In this document: positions 1 to 9,137 of the stretch, piece after piece
Numbering within the stretch: the first letter of the stretch is position 1
How the letters are laid out: every line of letters begins with the position of its first letter
DNA from: Bacteroidota bacterium
Lineage (GTDB): Bacteria; Bacteroidota; Bacteroidia; Chitinophagales; UBA8649
Reading direction: 5' to 3'
Length of the DNA stretch: 56,521 bases
NCBI GenBank assembly: GCA_036128775.1
Contig: JAYYPZ010000014.1
Location: 1-56,521 of the forward strand
Position numbers and translations under genes: made by a program
Notes under the pieces: generated by a model
What the model saw: only the letters and a program-made list of their open reading frames with translations
Databases searched by the model: none
Told to the model about the DNA's origin: nothing

Positions 1-1
1 C

Positions 2-859
2 TACTTAGAGGATCTAGCTACAGGAACTTGGACGAATGTTTCTGAGAACCCTGTATACGGATTTGATATGTTAGCTACAGATGCTAGTGATCGATTCATC
101 CTTCACTTCACTCCAGAGGTAACGGCTACTGCTGTAGACGGTACTTGTGAAGAAGGTAACGCATACATCGAGCTTACTTTTGACGGCTTCCAAATTGCGG
201 GTCAAGATGTAGCATGGGACTATGCAGTAACCAAAGAAGGAATGGCTCAAGCACAAGGATCAATGGTTTCAACTATTGCGATTCCTGTAAATGAGTCAGG
301 AATCTACAATGTAGACTTCACTTTCGGTAATGCTACAGTGAATGAAGTATTGAGCATCAATGTTCCTGTTGCACCAACAGCAGCTATCCCAGCTGAGGTT
401 GCGCTTTCAGAGAATGAGGCTATCACGCTAAACGGTATGTTTACAAATGCTAACTCTTATGAGTGGGCAGTTGATGGCGTAGTATTCTCTACTGAGGCTA
501 ACCCAACATGGACGGCTTCTACTGAAGGGATCTACAATATCGAAGTAATAGTACGTTCAGAAGATGGATGTTCTGCTTCAGATAATATGGTAGCTGAAGT
601 ATCTAAGTCTGTAACAAGCATCAACGATGTGAATGCAGTATTCCAAATTACGCAGGACGCTTACAGCGTAGTTGTATTGACGGATGCTGAAGGATTCATG
701 ATCGAAATGATTGCTATGGATGGTAAGCTTGTAGCTTCGGCTCGAGCAAGCCAAGGTGCTAACGTGCTTTCTACACAAGCTCTTGCAGCGGGTGTATACG
801 AAGTACGCTTAAGTTCAGCCAATGGTGTTGTAGGAAGCCAAAAGGTATTGATTAAGTAA
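2..859 (+). CDS. Secreted protein with T9SS C-terminal sorting domain (5' partial, continues upstream of the window)
   Basis: The frame is open from base 2 (YLEDLATGTW...), so the listed Met at 68 is probably internal. Ig/PKD-like repeat-style sequence is followed by a typical Por/T9SS tail (...AGVYEVRLSSANGVVGSQKVLIK), and a strong terminator follows. Confidence 0.75.
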   Translation, partial: YLEDLATGTWTNVSENPVYGFDMLATDASDRFILHFTPEVTATAVDGTCEEGNAYIELTFDGFQIAGQDVAWDYAVTKEGMAQAQGSMVSTIAIPVNESGIYNVDFTFGNATVNEVLSINVPVAPTAAIPAEVALSENEAITLNGMFTNANSYEWAVDGVVFSTEANPTWTASTEGIYNIEVIVRSEDGCSASDNMVAEVSKSVTSINDVNAVFQITQDAYSVVVLTDAEGFMIEMIAMDGKLVASARASQGANVLSTQALAAGVYEVRLSSANGVVGSQKVLIK

Positions 860-881
860 TCCTACTTCACTCAAGATAGAA

Positions 882-910
882 AGGCCTCATCTTCGGATGG
901 GGCCTTTTTT
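882..910 (+). terminator. Rho-independent terminator
   Basis: 10-bp stem AGGCCTCATC / GATGGGGCCT (one G-U pair) with a TTCG tetraloop, followed by a T6 run, 23 nt after the stop of the preceding CDS. Confidence 0.85.
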
Positions 911-1028
911 GTTGCCTTAACTTTTCTAGGATATAAGTAGAATCTCAATGAGAAGTTAGTGGCTTATTACTGAAGATATAGGGCCCATTGCTCTTCATTG
1001 ACTAAGCAGTCAAGAAAACAACCAAGAG

Positions 1029-1065
1029 AAAGGGGGTGTGTTTCACATCCCCTTTTTTTATTTTT
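1029..1065 (+). terminator. Rho-independent terminator-like hairpin immediately upstream of the DUF5686 gene (possible attenuator or sRNA 3' end)
   Basis: GGGGGTGT / ACATCCCC stem (8-9 bp, one G-U pair) with a short loop, then T7-A-T5, flanked upstream by AAA. It ends 6 nt before the GTG at 1071. Confidence 0.7.
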
Positions 1066-1070
1066 GTACC

Positions 1071-3812
1071 GTGATTAGACACATCCTCAGCCTCTTTTTA
1101 TGCCTTTTAGTATCTGTTGTTGTCATGGCTCAGCCGATGACAACAGTACGAGGAAAGATTCTGGACACTGATGGTGAAACGGTTCCTTATGCGGAAGTAA
1201 CATTTAGGGACGGTGCCGGAACTGCATTAAGTAATGAGGATGGAGATTTTGTCTTGTCCGGAAGAACTCGCTCTGATTTTGTACAGTTTAGTGCGCTAGG
1301 CTATAACGAAATCGAGATGCAGATTGTGCGAGGGATTGATCAGCTAGTGTCTATAAAACTTGAGTATAGTTCGAGTGATTTAGGCGAGATTGTAGTATCT
1401 GGACGCCGCCAGCGAAGGTACAGGGATGAAAAGGCTGTCAGTCTTCAAAAAATGGTGATTGACCATAAAAAAGACAATGCTCCAGAGTATTTTGATTCGT
1501 ATGAGTTTAAAGAACAGTCGCAGGTTCAAATTGGCGTATACAATGTCGCTCCAGGCATAAAGACAATCAAGCTCTTCAAACCCTTTTGGTTTGTGTTTGA
1601 TTATGCAGATACTGTAGATGGAGTAGAGGTTATGCCCGCCGTTCTAGCCGAACGGCTATCCGACATATACGTACAAAACAATCCAAAGAAGCGGGTGGAA
1701 TATGTCAATGCCTCTCAGTTTTCAGGAGCTGAGCGAGATGGCAGTAAAGCGGAGTTGCTCAATGAACTCTTTCCTCCCTTTACAGCGTATGATGATGTCT
1801 TTCTCGCAGGGGGTAAATCGTTTGCTAGTCCTTTTTCAAACACAGGATTATCCTCTTATCGATACTTCTTGACGGATAGTATGATAGTGGATGGAGTCAA
1901 GCGCTATCGTTTGGACTTCTCTCCTCGACAAGTGCAGATGTTAGCCCTTTCGGGAACAGCTTGGGTAGAGGACTCGACCTATGCCATCTTATCTTTTGAG
2001 TTTGTTTTACCTCCTAAGGCTAATCTCAATTTTGTTAATACATTTTATGTCAAACAGGATTTTGAAAAAATCGATGGTCAATGGGTTGATATGCGCAATT
2101 ATATGCGCGTTGGGTTTTCCATCTTTAAGCGGTCAACAGATATCCGTCATTTAACTACCGGTGACATCAAGTATTCTATAGATAGCTGTAAGGATTTAAA
2201 AGATTCTCTGAAATCCGAACTCAAGATGCTACTCAAAGATGAGGAACTATCCCGCGAGGAGAAGCAAACGTTAAAAGAGGATTATCAAACGCAAATTGAT
2301 AATGTTAACTATGATCGGCGAGGGCATAAAAAAAGCTTAAAGCAAAAGCGTCGTGAGAAGATGCAAATCATGCTTCAACAGACCAAAACAAAGGCGGATA
2401 TCCAGATAGGATCTGATATCCCTGATACTATCTTTCGTGGAGAGAAACTTCAATTTGATTCTGCAGCCTATAGCAGGGATTCAGAGTATTGGCAAGACAA
2501 CCGCATCGTAGAGCTGACTCAGCAACAAGAAAATATCTTCTTGATGATTGATTCCGTCAAGAAAAAGCCTGCCTTTACTACATGGAAGTGGTTAGCTGAT
2601 TTTGCGGTAACAGGCTATATGCCTTTTGGTATTCTTGAGGTAGGAAGAATCGATGAGACCGTAAGTTGGAACGAGATTGAAGGCGTTCGACCCAAGCTAG
2701 CGCTAAGAACAACCGATGCCTTGTCGGAGGCATTTCAATTGTGGGGGTATGCTGCTTATGGCACTAAAGATCGTGACTGGAAATATTTAGGGCGAGCATT
2801 CTTCAACCTACCTACGCGCAATGAACGCTGGCATAATCTCCTGCTTTCATATCAAGATGATTTCAGGTTTTTGAGTAATGTAGAAAATGACGACCCTACC
2901 GATCATGATGACTTGGTTGAGGCGCTTTTGCGAAATGGACCGCTCAACAAAATCATGCGTGTAGAAGAATATAGAGGGGCATATACAAGGGAATGGGTTC
3001 ATGGCTTGACCACGGAGTTAAGGCTATCAAGACGCTCTTACCTGCCCACTGCAGATAATCTTGAATTTATACGCACTGACGAAACGACTGGTACAGTTGA
3101 GTCATTAGATCGTTTCGATGTGTCTGAAGTGAGGTTGCGTGCACGTATTGGCCTAGGTGAAACTTGGCTGCAATTTCCCTATCGCCGAATTTCAACTACT
3201 TCTCTAAAGCCGATTGTTGAGCTTGACTTTGCCTTTGGTATCAAACCTCCTTCTAGTTCGAAGATTGCTCCCTTGGGAGGGGATTATGCTTACCAGCGCT
3301 TGTATATGAACTATTACCATAGGTTTAGTCATAAGGCAGGCTATACGCGATATACCTTGCGTGCTGGATATGTCTTTGGAGAGATACCCTACCCACTTAC
3401 GTTTATTCATGAAGGGAACAACGGATATTTCTACCTCACAAGAGGCTTTAATATGATTCGTGAGTTCGAGTTTATCTCAGACCGCTTTGCTACTCTTTGG
3501 GTTGATCATCACTTCGATGGTCAGATTTTAAATCGTATTCCGGGTATCAACCGATTAAAGCTTCGAACCATCCTAACGGGTAAAGTGTTAATAGGAGACT
3601 TTTCAGCGAGGAATAAAGAGGTACTTGATTTACCTGCAGGAACGAGAATTGCTAATAAGCCCTACTATGAAGTTGGCTTTGGTATTGAAAACATACTGTA
3701 TGTCTTTCGCCTTGACTTTATCTGGCGCCTCTCGGCTTTGGATGCTTTACCCAATACGGGCATCGAGCCCAACCGATTTGGAGTTAAAATCTCTTTTTCT
3801 CCGAAGTTCTAG
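1071..3812 (+). CDS. CarboxypepD_reg-like domain plus DUF5686 family outer-membrane protein
   Basis: A GTG start at 1071 gives a clean signal peptide (MIRHILSLFLCLLVSVVVMAQ). The N-terminal TVRGKILDTDGETVPYAEVTF...EDGDFVL is a carboxypeptidase-regulatory-like fold. The long C-terminal region ends in an aromatic residue (..SFSPKF), as in beta-barrel OMPs. The ORF-track start at 1038 lies inside the terminator hairpin. Confidence 0.7.
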   Translation: MIRHILSLFLCLLVSVVVMAQPMTTVRGKILDTDGETVPYAEVTFRDGAGTALSNEDGDFVLSGRTRSDFVQFSALGYNEIEMQIVRGIDQLVSIKLEYSSSDLGEIVVSGRRQRRYRDEKAVSLQKMVIDHKKDNAPEYFDSYEFKEQSQVQIGVYNVAPGIKTIKLFKPFWFVFDYADTVDGVEVMPAVLAERLSDIYVQNNPKKRVEYVNASQFSGAERDGSKAELLNELFPPFTAYDDVFLAGGKSFASPFSNTGLSSYRYFLTDSMIVDGVKRYRLDFSPRQVQMLALSGTAWVEDSTYAILSFEFVLPPKANLNFVNTFYVKQDFEKIDGQWVDMRNYMRVGFSIFKRSTDIRHLTTGDIKYSIDSCKDLKDSLKSELKMLLKDEELSREEKQTLKEDYQTQIDNVNYDRRGHKKSLKQKRREKMQIMLQQTKTKADIQIGSDIPDTIFRGEKLQFDSAAYSRDSEYWQDNRIVELTQQQENIFLMIDSVKKKPAFTTWKWLADFAVTGYMPFGILEVGRIDETVSWNEIEGVRPKLALRTTDALSEAFQLWGYAAYGTKDRDWKYLGRAFFNLPTRNERWHNLLLSYQDDFRFLSNVENDDPTDHDDLVEALLRNGPLNKIMRVEEYRGAYTREWVHGLTTELRLSRRSYLPTADNLEFIRTDETTGTVESLDRFDVSEVRLRARIGLGETWLQFPYRRISTTSLKPIVELDFAFGIKPPSSSKIAPLGGDYAYQRLYMNYYHRFSHKAGYTRYTLRAGYVFGEIPYPLTFIHEGNNGYFYLTRGFNMIREFEFISDRFATLWVDHHFDGQILNRIPGINRLKLRTILTGKVLIGDFSARNKEVLDLPAGTRIANKPYYEVGFGIENILYVFRLDFIWRLSALDALPNTGIEPNRFGVKISFSPKF

Positions 3813-3834
3813 GCTGGAATGCTAGGAGCGGATT

Positions 3835-4317
3835 ATGGAGAATAGCTATCCTTTACTTAAAAAGATTATTCGACGTGAAAGGTATTTTAAGTTGCTTTTC
3901 GCTCTAGTCTTACTATTCATTCTAGGGGCATGTATTGGTTATGTCTTTCAACGGCAACCCATTGCCTTGTTTCTCTTACTTTTCCTGGTATCCAGTTTGA
4001 TTACATGGCGTCTGAAGACCTCTTTTCGTATCGACCGACATCCCGTTTGGCGTCTTCTAGTTAGCCAAGCGCATCAAGTAAGCTGGATTTACTTCGAAGA
4101 AGTTCAGTTACAGCCCTTTGGTATTTTGCTTGCAAAAAAAGCAGTGCTTTGCATCTGGACTATAGGCAGAGTGCAAGAGCGCATTCATCTTCCATTAAAG
4201 TATAAAGAGAGGTTATATAAAGAACTTTCTGATATGCTTCCAGAAGTGAGTTTTGGATACTCCGAAGAAAAAAAACTTTGGTATGAAGCCCACCCTTCTA
4301 TGTTACGCAGGAAGTGA
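3835..4317 (+). CDS. Hypothetical membrane protein (two N-terminal TM segments)
   Basis: 160-aa ORF with two hydrophobic helices (LLFALVLLFILGACIGYVF, ALFLLLFLVSSLITW). I recognise no family. Confidence 0.5.
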   Translation: MENSYPLLKKIIRRERYFKLLFALVLLFILGACIGYVFQRQPIALFLLLFLVSSLITWRLKTSFRIDRHPVWRLLVSQAHQVSWIYFEEVQLQPFGILLAKKAVLCIWTIGRVQERIHLPLKYKERLYKELSDMLPEVSFGYSEEKKLWYEAHPSMLRRK

Positions 4318-4923
4318 ATCGCGTCGCATAGCATGCAGTAACACAAGATCATAGATTGTGTGCGCAGTCATTGCACATGTTATACTCAAGCTTATTGTGA
4401 TAAGGCCGAGAACACTGGAAAAAGCAATAAGCCATAGTCGCAGAACCCAGGGCAAATCCTGTCTTGGGTTAAGGTAGCCATGGAGACCCACAAAAAAGAT
4501 GGCATTTAGCAGAATACTCGCGGGTAAACTGATATACTCAAAAAGTCCAAAAAGAAGTGGCCCACGAAACAGCAACTCTTCTCCTATTCCTGCACAGAGA
4601 GATAGAAATATAATGGTAAGGCTGGACATGGCATGAAGGGGTAGGCGCTGTCGAAGTTTACGTTCGAGATCACTTGTAGGATAGGAACGCGATATAAAGA
4701 GGCTAACTAAACTTGCTCCCAAACCAATACCTCCTCCTACAGCAAGGCTGGAATACAAGTGACTGCTTGATTTTTCGAAGAGGATTTGCCAGGTGACCTC
4801 CGAAGTATAGGGTAGCAAAACAAGGCCAAGTCCCCCCATTCCTAAGAGGGTAATGAGCCCTAAAAGGAGTAATTGACGAATCGGAAGGGGTTGAATAGTG
4901 CTTATTGCTTTAGATTTCCTCAA
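4303..4923 (-). CDS. CPBP family intramembrane glutamic endopeptidase (CAAX protease/Abi family)
   Basis: EELLFRGPL and FFVGLHG motifs in a polytopic membrane protein. The start is probably the TTG at 4923 (MRKSKAIS...), which avoids a 70-nt overlap with thiL. The 3' end overlaps the convergent ORF by 15 nt. Confidence 0.75.
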   Translation of the reverse strand: MRKSKAISTIQPLPIRQLLLLGLITLLGMGGLGLVLLPYTSEVTWQILFEKSSSHLYSSLAVGGGIGLGASLVSLFISRSYPTSDLERKLRQRLPLHAMSSLTIIFLSLCAGIGEELLFRGPLLFGLFEYISLPASILLNAIFFVGLHGYLNPRQDLPWVLRLWLIAFSSVLGLITISLSITCAMTAHTIYDLVLLHAMRRDSLPA

Positions 4924-4961
4924 ATTTGTCAAATAATTATGGACTTTCCATTGAGGATGCC

Positions 4962-6014
4962 ATGGCAAACAAAAAGAATATGACAAAGCCCACACGAACA
5001 GATGTTTCCGAACTTGGAGAGTTTGGCCTTATTGACCGCATTGGGTCTATGGTAAGCAGTCGCTATCGCTCAACTGTACATGGCATTGGTGATGATTGTG
5101 CTGTGTTAGACAATGGGGAAGACTACACCTTACTATCCGTGGACACCATGGTAGAGGGCTTGCATTTTGATTTGATGTATTGCCCCCTGCAGCATGTGGG
5201 CTATAAAGCCATTGTCTCTTCCATTTCAGATATCTATGCCATGAACGGTAAACCAAGTCACGTCGTCGTCAGCTTGTCATTATCGAGTAAGTATTCGGTG
5301 GAAGCGGTGGAAGAATTGTACAAGGGCATGGAACGTGCCGCGTCATTCTACAACATCGATATTGTAGGAGGAGATACTACATCGAGTTTGAGTGGTGCGA
5401 CCATCTCAGTAACGGCATACGGCCGGGTTACTAAAGAACAGCTTGTGCTTCGAAGTGGGGCTAATCCAGGTGATGCACTTTTTGTGACCGGAAATTTAGG
5501 AGGGGCTTACATGGGGCTTCAAGTCTTGAATCGAGAGAAGCAGATTTTCCTTCAAAACCCTGATATGCAACCTGAACTTGAAGGGCATGACTACGTTGTG
5601 GGAAGACAACTTAAACCAGAAGCTAGATATGATGTAATTGAAGCACTTGGTAAGGCGTCTATCGTTCCAACTGCAATGATTGATATCAGTGATGGGTTGA
5701 GTTCAGAGTGCCTTCATCTTGCCAAGTCAAGTAAGGTAGGTGTCGAAGTCCACGAACAGTTTGTTCCGATTCAGCAAGAGACCTATGACCTGTCCCTTGA
5801 ACTTAATATTGATCCCATCACGTCGGCCATGAATGGAGGAGAGGATTATGAGTTGCTCTTTACCGTTGATCCTTCCTTAGCGGATCGTGTGCGAGAAGAA
5901 GTTCCAGATTGCATAGAGATTGGAATCATCCACAAGGCAGAGAAAGGTTCCTTTTTAACGTCGAGAACCAATCAACACTATCCCCTTACCGCACAGGGTT
6001 GGAAGGCATTTTAA
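4962..6014 (+). CDS. thiL: Thiamine-monophosphate kinase
   Basis: GEFGLIDRI...GIGDDCAVL N-terminus, GGDTT, and DISDGL...GGEDYELLFT motifs of the AIR-synthase-like ThiL family. The start is ambiguous (ATG at 4962 or 4980; the track gives TTG at 4926). Confidence 0.9.
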   Translation: MANKKNMTKPTRTDVSELGEFGLIDRIGSMVSSRYRSTVHGIGDDCAVLDNGEDYTLLSVDTMVEGLHFDLMYCPLQHVGYKAIVSSISDIYAMNGKPSHVVVSLSLSSKYSVEAVEELYKGMERAASFYNIDIVGGDTTSSLSGATISVTAYGRVTKEQLVLRSGANPGDALFVTGNLGGAYMGLQVLNREKQIFLQNPDMQPELEGHDYVVGRQLKPEARYDVIEALGKASIVPTAMIDISDGLSSECLHLAKSSKVGVEVHEQFVPIQQETYDLSLELNIDPITSAMNGGEDYELLFTVDPSLADRVREEVPDCIEIGIIHKAEKGSFLTSRTNQHYPLTAQGWKAF

Positions 6015-6048
6015 AATGTTTACACCGTGATGTAAACATTTTCTTTGT
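6013..6048 (+). terminator. Rho-independent terminator after thiL
   Basis: Perfect 12-bp stem AAAATGTTTACA / TGTAAACATTTT with loop CCGTGA, followed by a T-rich tail (TTTTCTTTG). Confidence 0.8.
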
Positions 6049-6107
6049 GTGTAACCCAAACAATATTTGAGGGAGGTCAATCGTACTTTTATACAAAGCA
6101 ACGTGGT

Positions 6108-6590
6108 ATGGTACGAAGTCTATTTCTCAGTATTCTTTTTTTCCTTGGATGTGTTTCTGTAAGTCTTGCTCAGGAATATAATGCGAAGTTTTCTCCAGGA
6201 TTATTCTATATGTCGACCAATACGGTTACCCAATCTGGGTATATGACGGCCTTGGAATTTGAAGCATTACTGAACTCAAATATGTCTGTCAATGGCGGCT
6301 TAAACTTCTTTACTGGAGGGGGTACTTTGGGCATGTTTATCAAACCAGAACTTAGGTTTTACCTTACGGATGTTGCTTTACGGGGTTTGTATTTTGGCCC
6401 CTATGCAGGCTTGGGTTCTAAAGGCGGACTGCTCTTATTGGCAGGAGGGAGTGTTGGCTACCAGCACCTTTTTAGTGAATACCCTGTGTCGGTTTCTGGA
6501 GGCGCATCATTAGGGATGGAGTTCCGTGGAGCGGGCGGATTGATTAATTTGAATTTTCATCCTACGATATCTGTAGGATATCATTTCTAG
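6108..6590 (+). CDS. Small putative outer-membrane beta-barrel protein
   Basis: Signal peptide MVRSLFLSILFFLGCVSVSLAQ, Gly/aromatic-rich alternating segments, and a C-terminal ...GYHF. The start at 6108 is preferred because 6045 lies inside the thiL terminator region. Confidence 0.5.
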   Translation: MVRSLFLSILFFLGCVSVSLAQEYNAKFSPGLFYMSTNTVTQSGYMTALEFEALLNSNMSVNGGLNFFTGGGTLGMFIKPELRFYLTDVALRGLYFGPYAGLGSKGGLLLLAGGSVGYQHLFSEYPVSVSGGASLGMEFRGAGGLINLNFHPTISVGYHF

Positions 6591-6596
6591 AACTTG

Positions 6597-7010
6597 CTAT
6601 TCAAACACTCCTCGATTAAAGGTAACTACCGCATTCATCGAGTAGTTATAGAGGTAAAAAACCGACATGCCAATTACTTTGGCCCAAAAGAAGGAGACGA
6701 TCTTTCTTTTTTGAGCTAGTTGCCATACAGCAAAATTTACAATTAGCAGTCCGGCCGATTCAATACCAACATATTGAAAGAAATCCTGCCAAAAATTATC
6801 CATCGAATCCTGGTGAAATGTCCAATAGCGGTTGCCAAAAAATCGCAGTAATATTCCGGTAACAAAGCCGATTGAATTTGATAAGATGGGTTTGACTTTT
6901 ATGACATCCTTGAGAAAAAAGGTTAGTATTAAATCAATGATAAAAGCTGATCCGCCAACGACGGAAAACTTTAATGCATTGGGCAGGTTTTCTAAAAACT
7001 CGAGGATCAC
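6597..7010 (-). CDS. GtrA family membrane protein
   Basis: About 137 aa with 4 TM segments and a GtrA-like pattern (FSVVGGSAFIIDLILTFFL...RYWTF). The GTG start overlaps the stop of the upstream M29 gene (GTGA). Confidence 0.8.
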   Translation of the reverse strand: MILEFLENLPNALKFSVVGGSAFIIDLILTFFLKDVIKVKPILSNSIGFVTGILLRFFGNRYWTFHQDSMDNFWQDFFQYVGIESAGLLIVNFAVWQLAQKRKIVSFFWAKVIGMSVFYLYNYSMNAVVTFNRGVFE

Positions 7011-8107
7011 CCGATGAGAAATTTACCATTTTCATAGATACGGACCCCGTCTGCATAGATTGCACCCCCTTGTCGCATATCGGTAATCATATCCCAGTGT
7101 ACTGAAGAGGTATTGCTTCCTCCACATTGCGGATAGGATTGCCCAATGGCCATATGAACAGAGCCACCCATCTTTTCATCAAACAAGATGTTTTTTGTAG
7201 GACGTTGAATGTGATAGTTGGTCCCTATTGCTGCCTCCCCAAAGATTCGTGCTCCCGGGATAGAAAAAATGTAGTCTAGAAAATCTTGGCCCTTATCCGC
7301 TGTCCATTTGACGACCTTGCCATCTTTTACGGTAAGCTCCACTCCGCTTACTTCTCGTCCCATATACAGGCTATCATAGCTGAATTTGATATTCCCATTG
7401 ACGGAATCTTCTATGGGTGCTGTGTAGACCTCACCAGAGGGCATATTCGTACGCCCATCGCTATTAATCCATAGGCGATCCTTACATCGATAACTAATCG
7501 AAAATCCTGGCCCTTCATAGGTCACTGTATCTACTCGATTAAGGTAGTCTACAACGGCTTGTTGTTCTTCTCTCACATTCAACCATACCCCTTTAGGGTT
7601 TTCTTCAAGTAAGCCACATCCTTTAAAGACAAACTGCTCATAGTCTTCTAAAGACATTCCAGCGCGCTTGGCATTGGCTTCCGTAGGGAACAAGCACAGA
7701 CTGCGCTCCATATCCTTACTACCTGTACGTTGCATATAGAGCTTGCTAAGCTCTTCTCCCGTCTTTCTTGCAATTGCCTTTTTATCAGCATAATCCTTCT
7801 GAGGGCCATTACTTTCAAAAGGTGCAATAATGACGAGGTATTTGTCAAACTCTCGAATGACATGATCCTTTAGGGGGTTGACATATTCGAGTTGATGTTG
7901 AGAAGCCTCGCTGTAAAAAATCTCTTCTTGTCCTTGGAATTGAATGTCAGTGATAAGATGACCGCCCGCTTTGGTCACTTCTCGCATTAACTCTTGGACC
8001 AGCTTTTCGGCGAGATAGGTGGTGCGCACATAAACTCTATCTCCCTTTTGGACGTTTAGGCAATAGTCGGTAAGGAGGTGGGCATATTTGTTATACATGG
8101 CATTCAT
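7007..8107 (-). CDS. Aminopeptidase, peptidase family M29 (AmpS/PepS-like)
   Basis: 366 aa. The N-terminus YAHLLTDYCLNVQKGDRV, and the regions ...NMPSGEVYTAP... and HMAIG...SSVHWDMI, are typical of M29 thermophilic-metalloprotease-type aminopeptidases. Confidence 0.85.
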   Translation of the reverse strand: MNAMYNKYAHLLTDYCLNVQKGDRVYVRTTYLAEKLVQELMREVTKAGGHLITDIQFQGQEEIFYSEASQHQLEYVNPLKDHVIREFDKYLVIIAPFESNGPQKDYADKKAIARKTGEELSKLYMQRTGSKDMERSLCLFPTEANAKRAGMSLEDYEQFVFKGCGLLEENPKGVWLNVREEQQAVVDYLNRVDTVTYEGPGFSISYRCKDRLWINSDGRTNMPSGEVYTAPIEDSVNGNIKFSYDSLYMGREVSGVELTVKDGKVVKWTADKGQDFLDYIFSIPGARIFGEAAIGTNYHIQRPTKNILFDEKMGGSVHMAIGQSYPQCGGSNTSSVHWDMITDMRQGGAIYADGVRIYENGKFLIG

Positions 8108-8179
8108 GAGGCAATCGTTCTTTCGTTCCGAAGATACAAGTCTTATCTTGGCATTACCGAAAACAACATTGTAAATACT

Positions 8180-8638
8180 ATGCTTGATTTAGAAGTACTT
8201 TACCGTATCATCAATTTACTACCGATGCCGGTATGGGGATTGTTGGTTTTTGCGCCGGGTGCTAGCTTGACAAAGCAATGGGTGTTTTCCCTTCGTATTC
8301 ATGCATTGCTTGCCTTGATTTATGGCCTGTTATTCTGCTGGGCAATTGCCCAAGGTCCTGCGCTATCTCCTGATGCGTTTTCCACGTTATCGGGCTTAAC
8401 GAGCCTTTTTTCAAGTCCACTGGGCGTGCTTGTGGCTTGGCAACATTTCCTTGTGTTTGATCTCTTTGTAGGTACATGGATTGCACGCCACGCACAGCGG
8501 CAAAATCCCAATCCGTCAGCTACCCGAAGAGTTGTTCTTGGAGGAATCTTGACTTTGAGTCTAATGGCTGGTCCCATTGGCTTTGTACTTTATTATGTGT
8601 TCTTTTATCGATCTGAAAACCATTCAAATGATGACTAG
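8180..8638 (+). CDS. DUF4281 (ABA4-like) membrane protein
   Basis: N-terminus LEVLYRIINLLPMPVWGLLVFAP, several TM segments, and a WQHFLVFDLFVG motif. The ATG at 8180 is chosen because the upstream extension overlaps the divergent M29 gene. Confidence 0.65.
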   Translation: MLDLEVLYRIINLLPMPVWGLLVFAPGASLTKQWVFSLRIHALLALIYGLLFCWAIAQGPALSPDAFSTLSGLTSLFSSPLGVLVAWQHFLVFDLFVGTWIARHAQRQNPNPSATRRVVLGGILTLSLMAGPIGFVLYYVFFYRSENHSNDD

Positions 8639-9137
8639 AAATCTCTTGGTGATCCCCATCACCTTTTTTATGCTAACGCTTACCAATTGCGGTGATCGAC
8701 GATCTTGTGATGATGTGGTATGCGGCAATAATCAAAGTTGTATCAATGGAAATTGCTATTGCTTGGATGGTTATGAAGGGCCTGAGTGTCAAACGATCGC
8801 CGCTCAAAAATATGTAGGGAATTACACCGTAGTGGCCAATTGCTTTCAAGGAAGTTATATCGGAGCTCCTTTTGATTTTATCTTATGGGATGGGGCGTAT
8901 CCCAACCGCATAACCTTTGGAAACTTTATGAATCAAGGGAGTGTCGATGCATTTATCTATACCAGTCCTAACAATGAAGGCAATATCATTGAATTTGCAG
9001 TGAATCGAGGAAGTTTTCAGGCGAATGTCTCTGGTCAGTATTTGAACAATACAGGGGCGGGAGACATTCTGTTAAATGTGCAGTATTACTTTGGAAGTCA
9101 ATACGGAGAATGCCAGTTAACTTACTACAAGCAATGA
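8628..9137 (+). CDS. Lipoprotein with N-terminal EGF-like cysteine module
   Basis: Lipobox LTLTNC, followed by CDDVVCGNNQSCINGNCYCLDGYEGPEC (six-Cys EGF-like spacing). It overlaps the upstream gene by 11 nt. Confidence 0.55.
   Translation: MMTRNLLVIPITFFMLTLTNCGDRRSCDDVVCGNNQSCINGNCYCLDGYEGPECQTIAAQKYVGNYTVVANCFQGSYIGAPFDFILWDGAYPNRITFGNFMNQGSVDAFIYTSPNNEGNIIEFAVNRGSFQANVSGQYLNNTGAGDILLNVQYYFGSQYGECQLTYYKQ

Noticed and set aside
4924-4995. Apparent 70-nt overlap of the divergent CPBP protease and thiL ORFs
   Set aside because: Internal starts remove the overlap and give sensible N-termini: the TTG at 4923 for the protease, and the ATG at 4962 or 4980 for thiL. There is no evidence for genuine overlapping coding.
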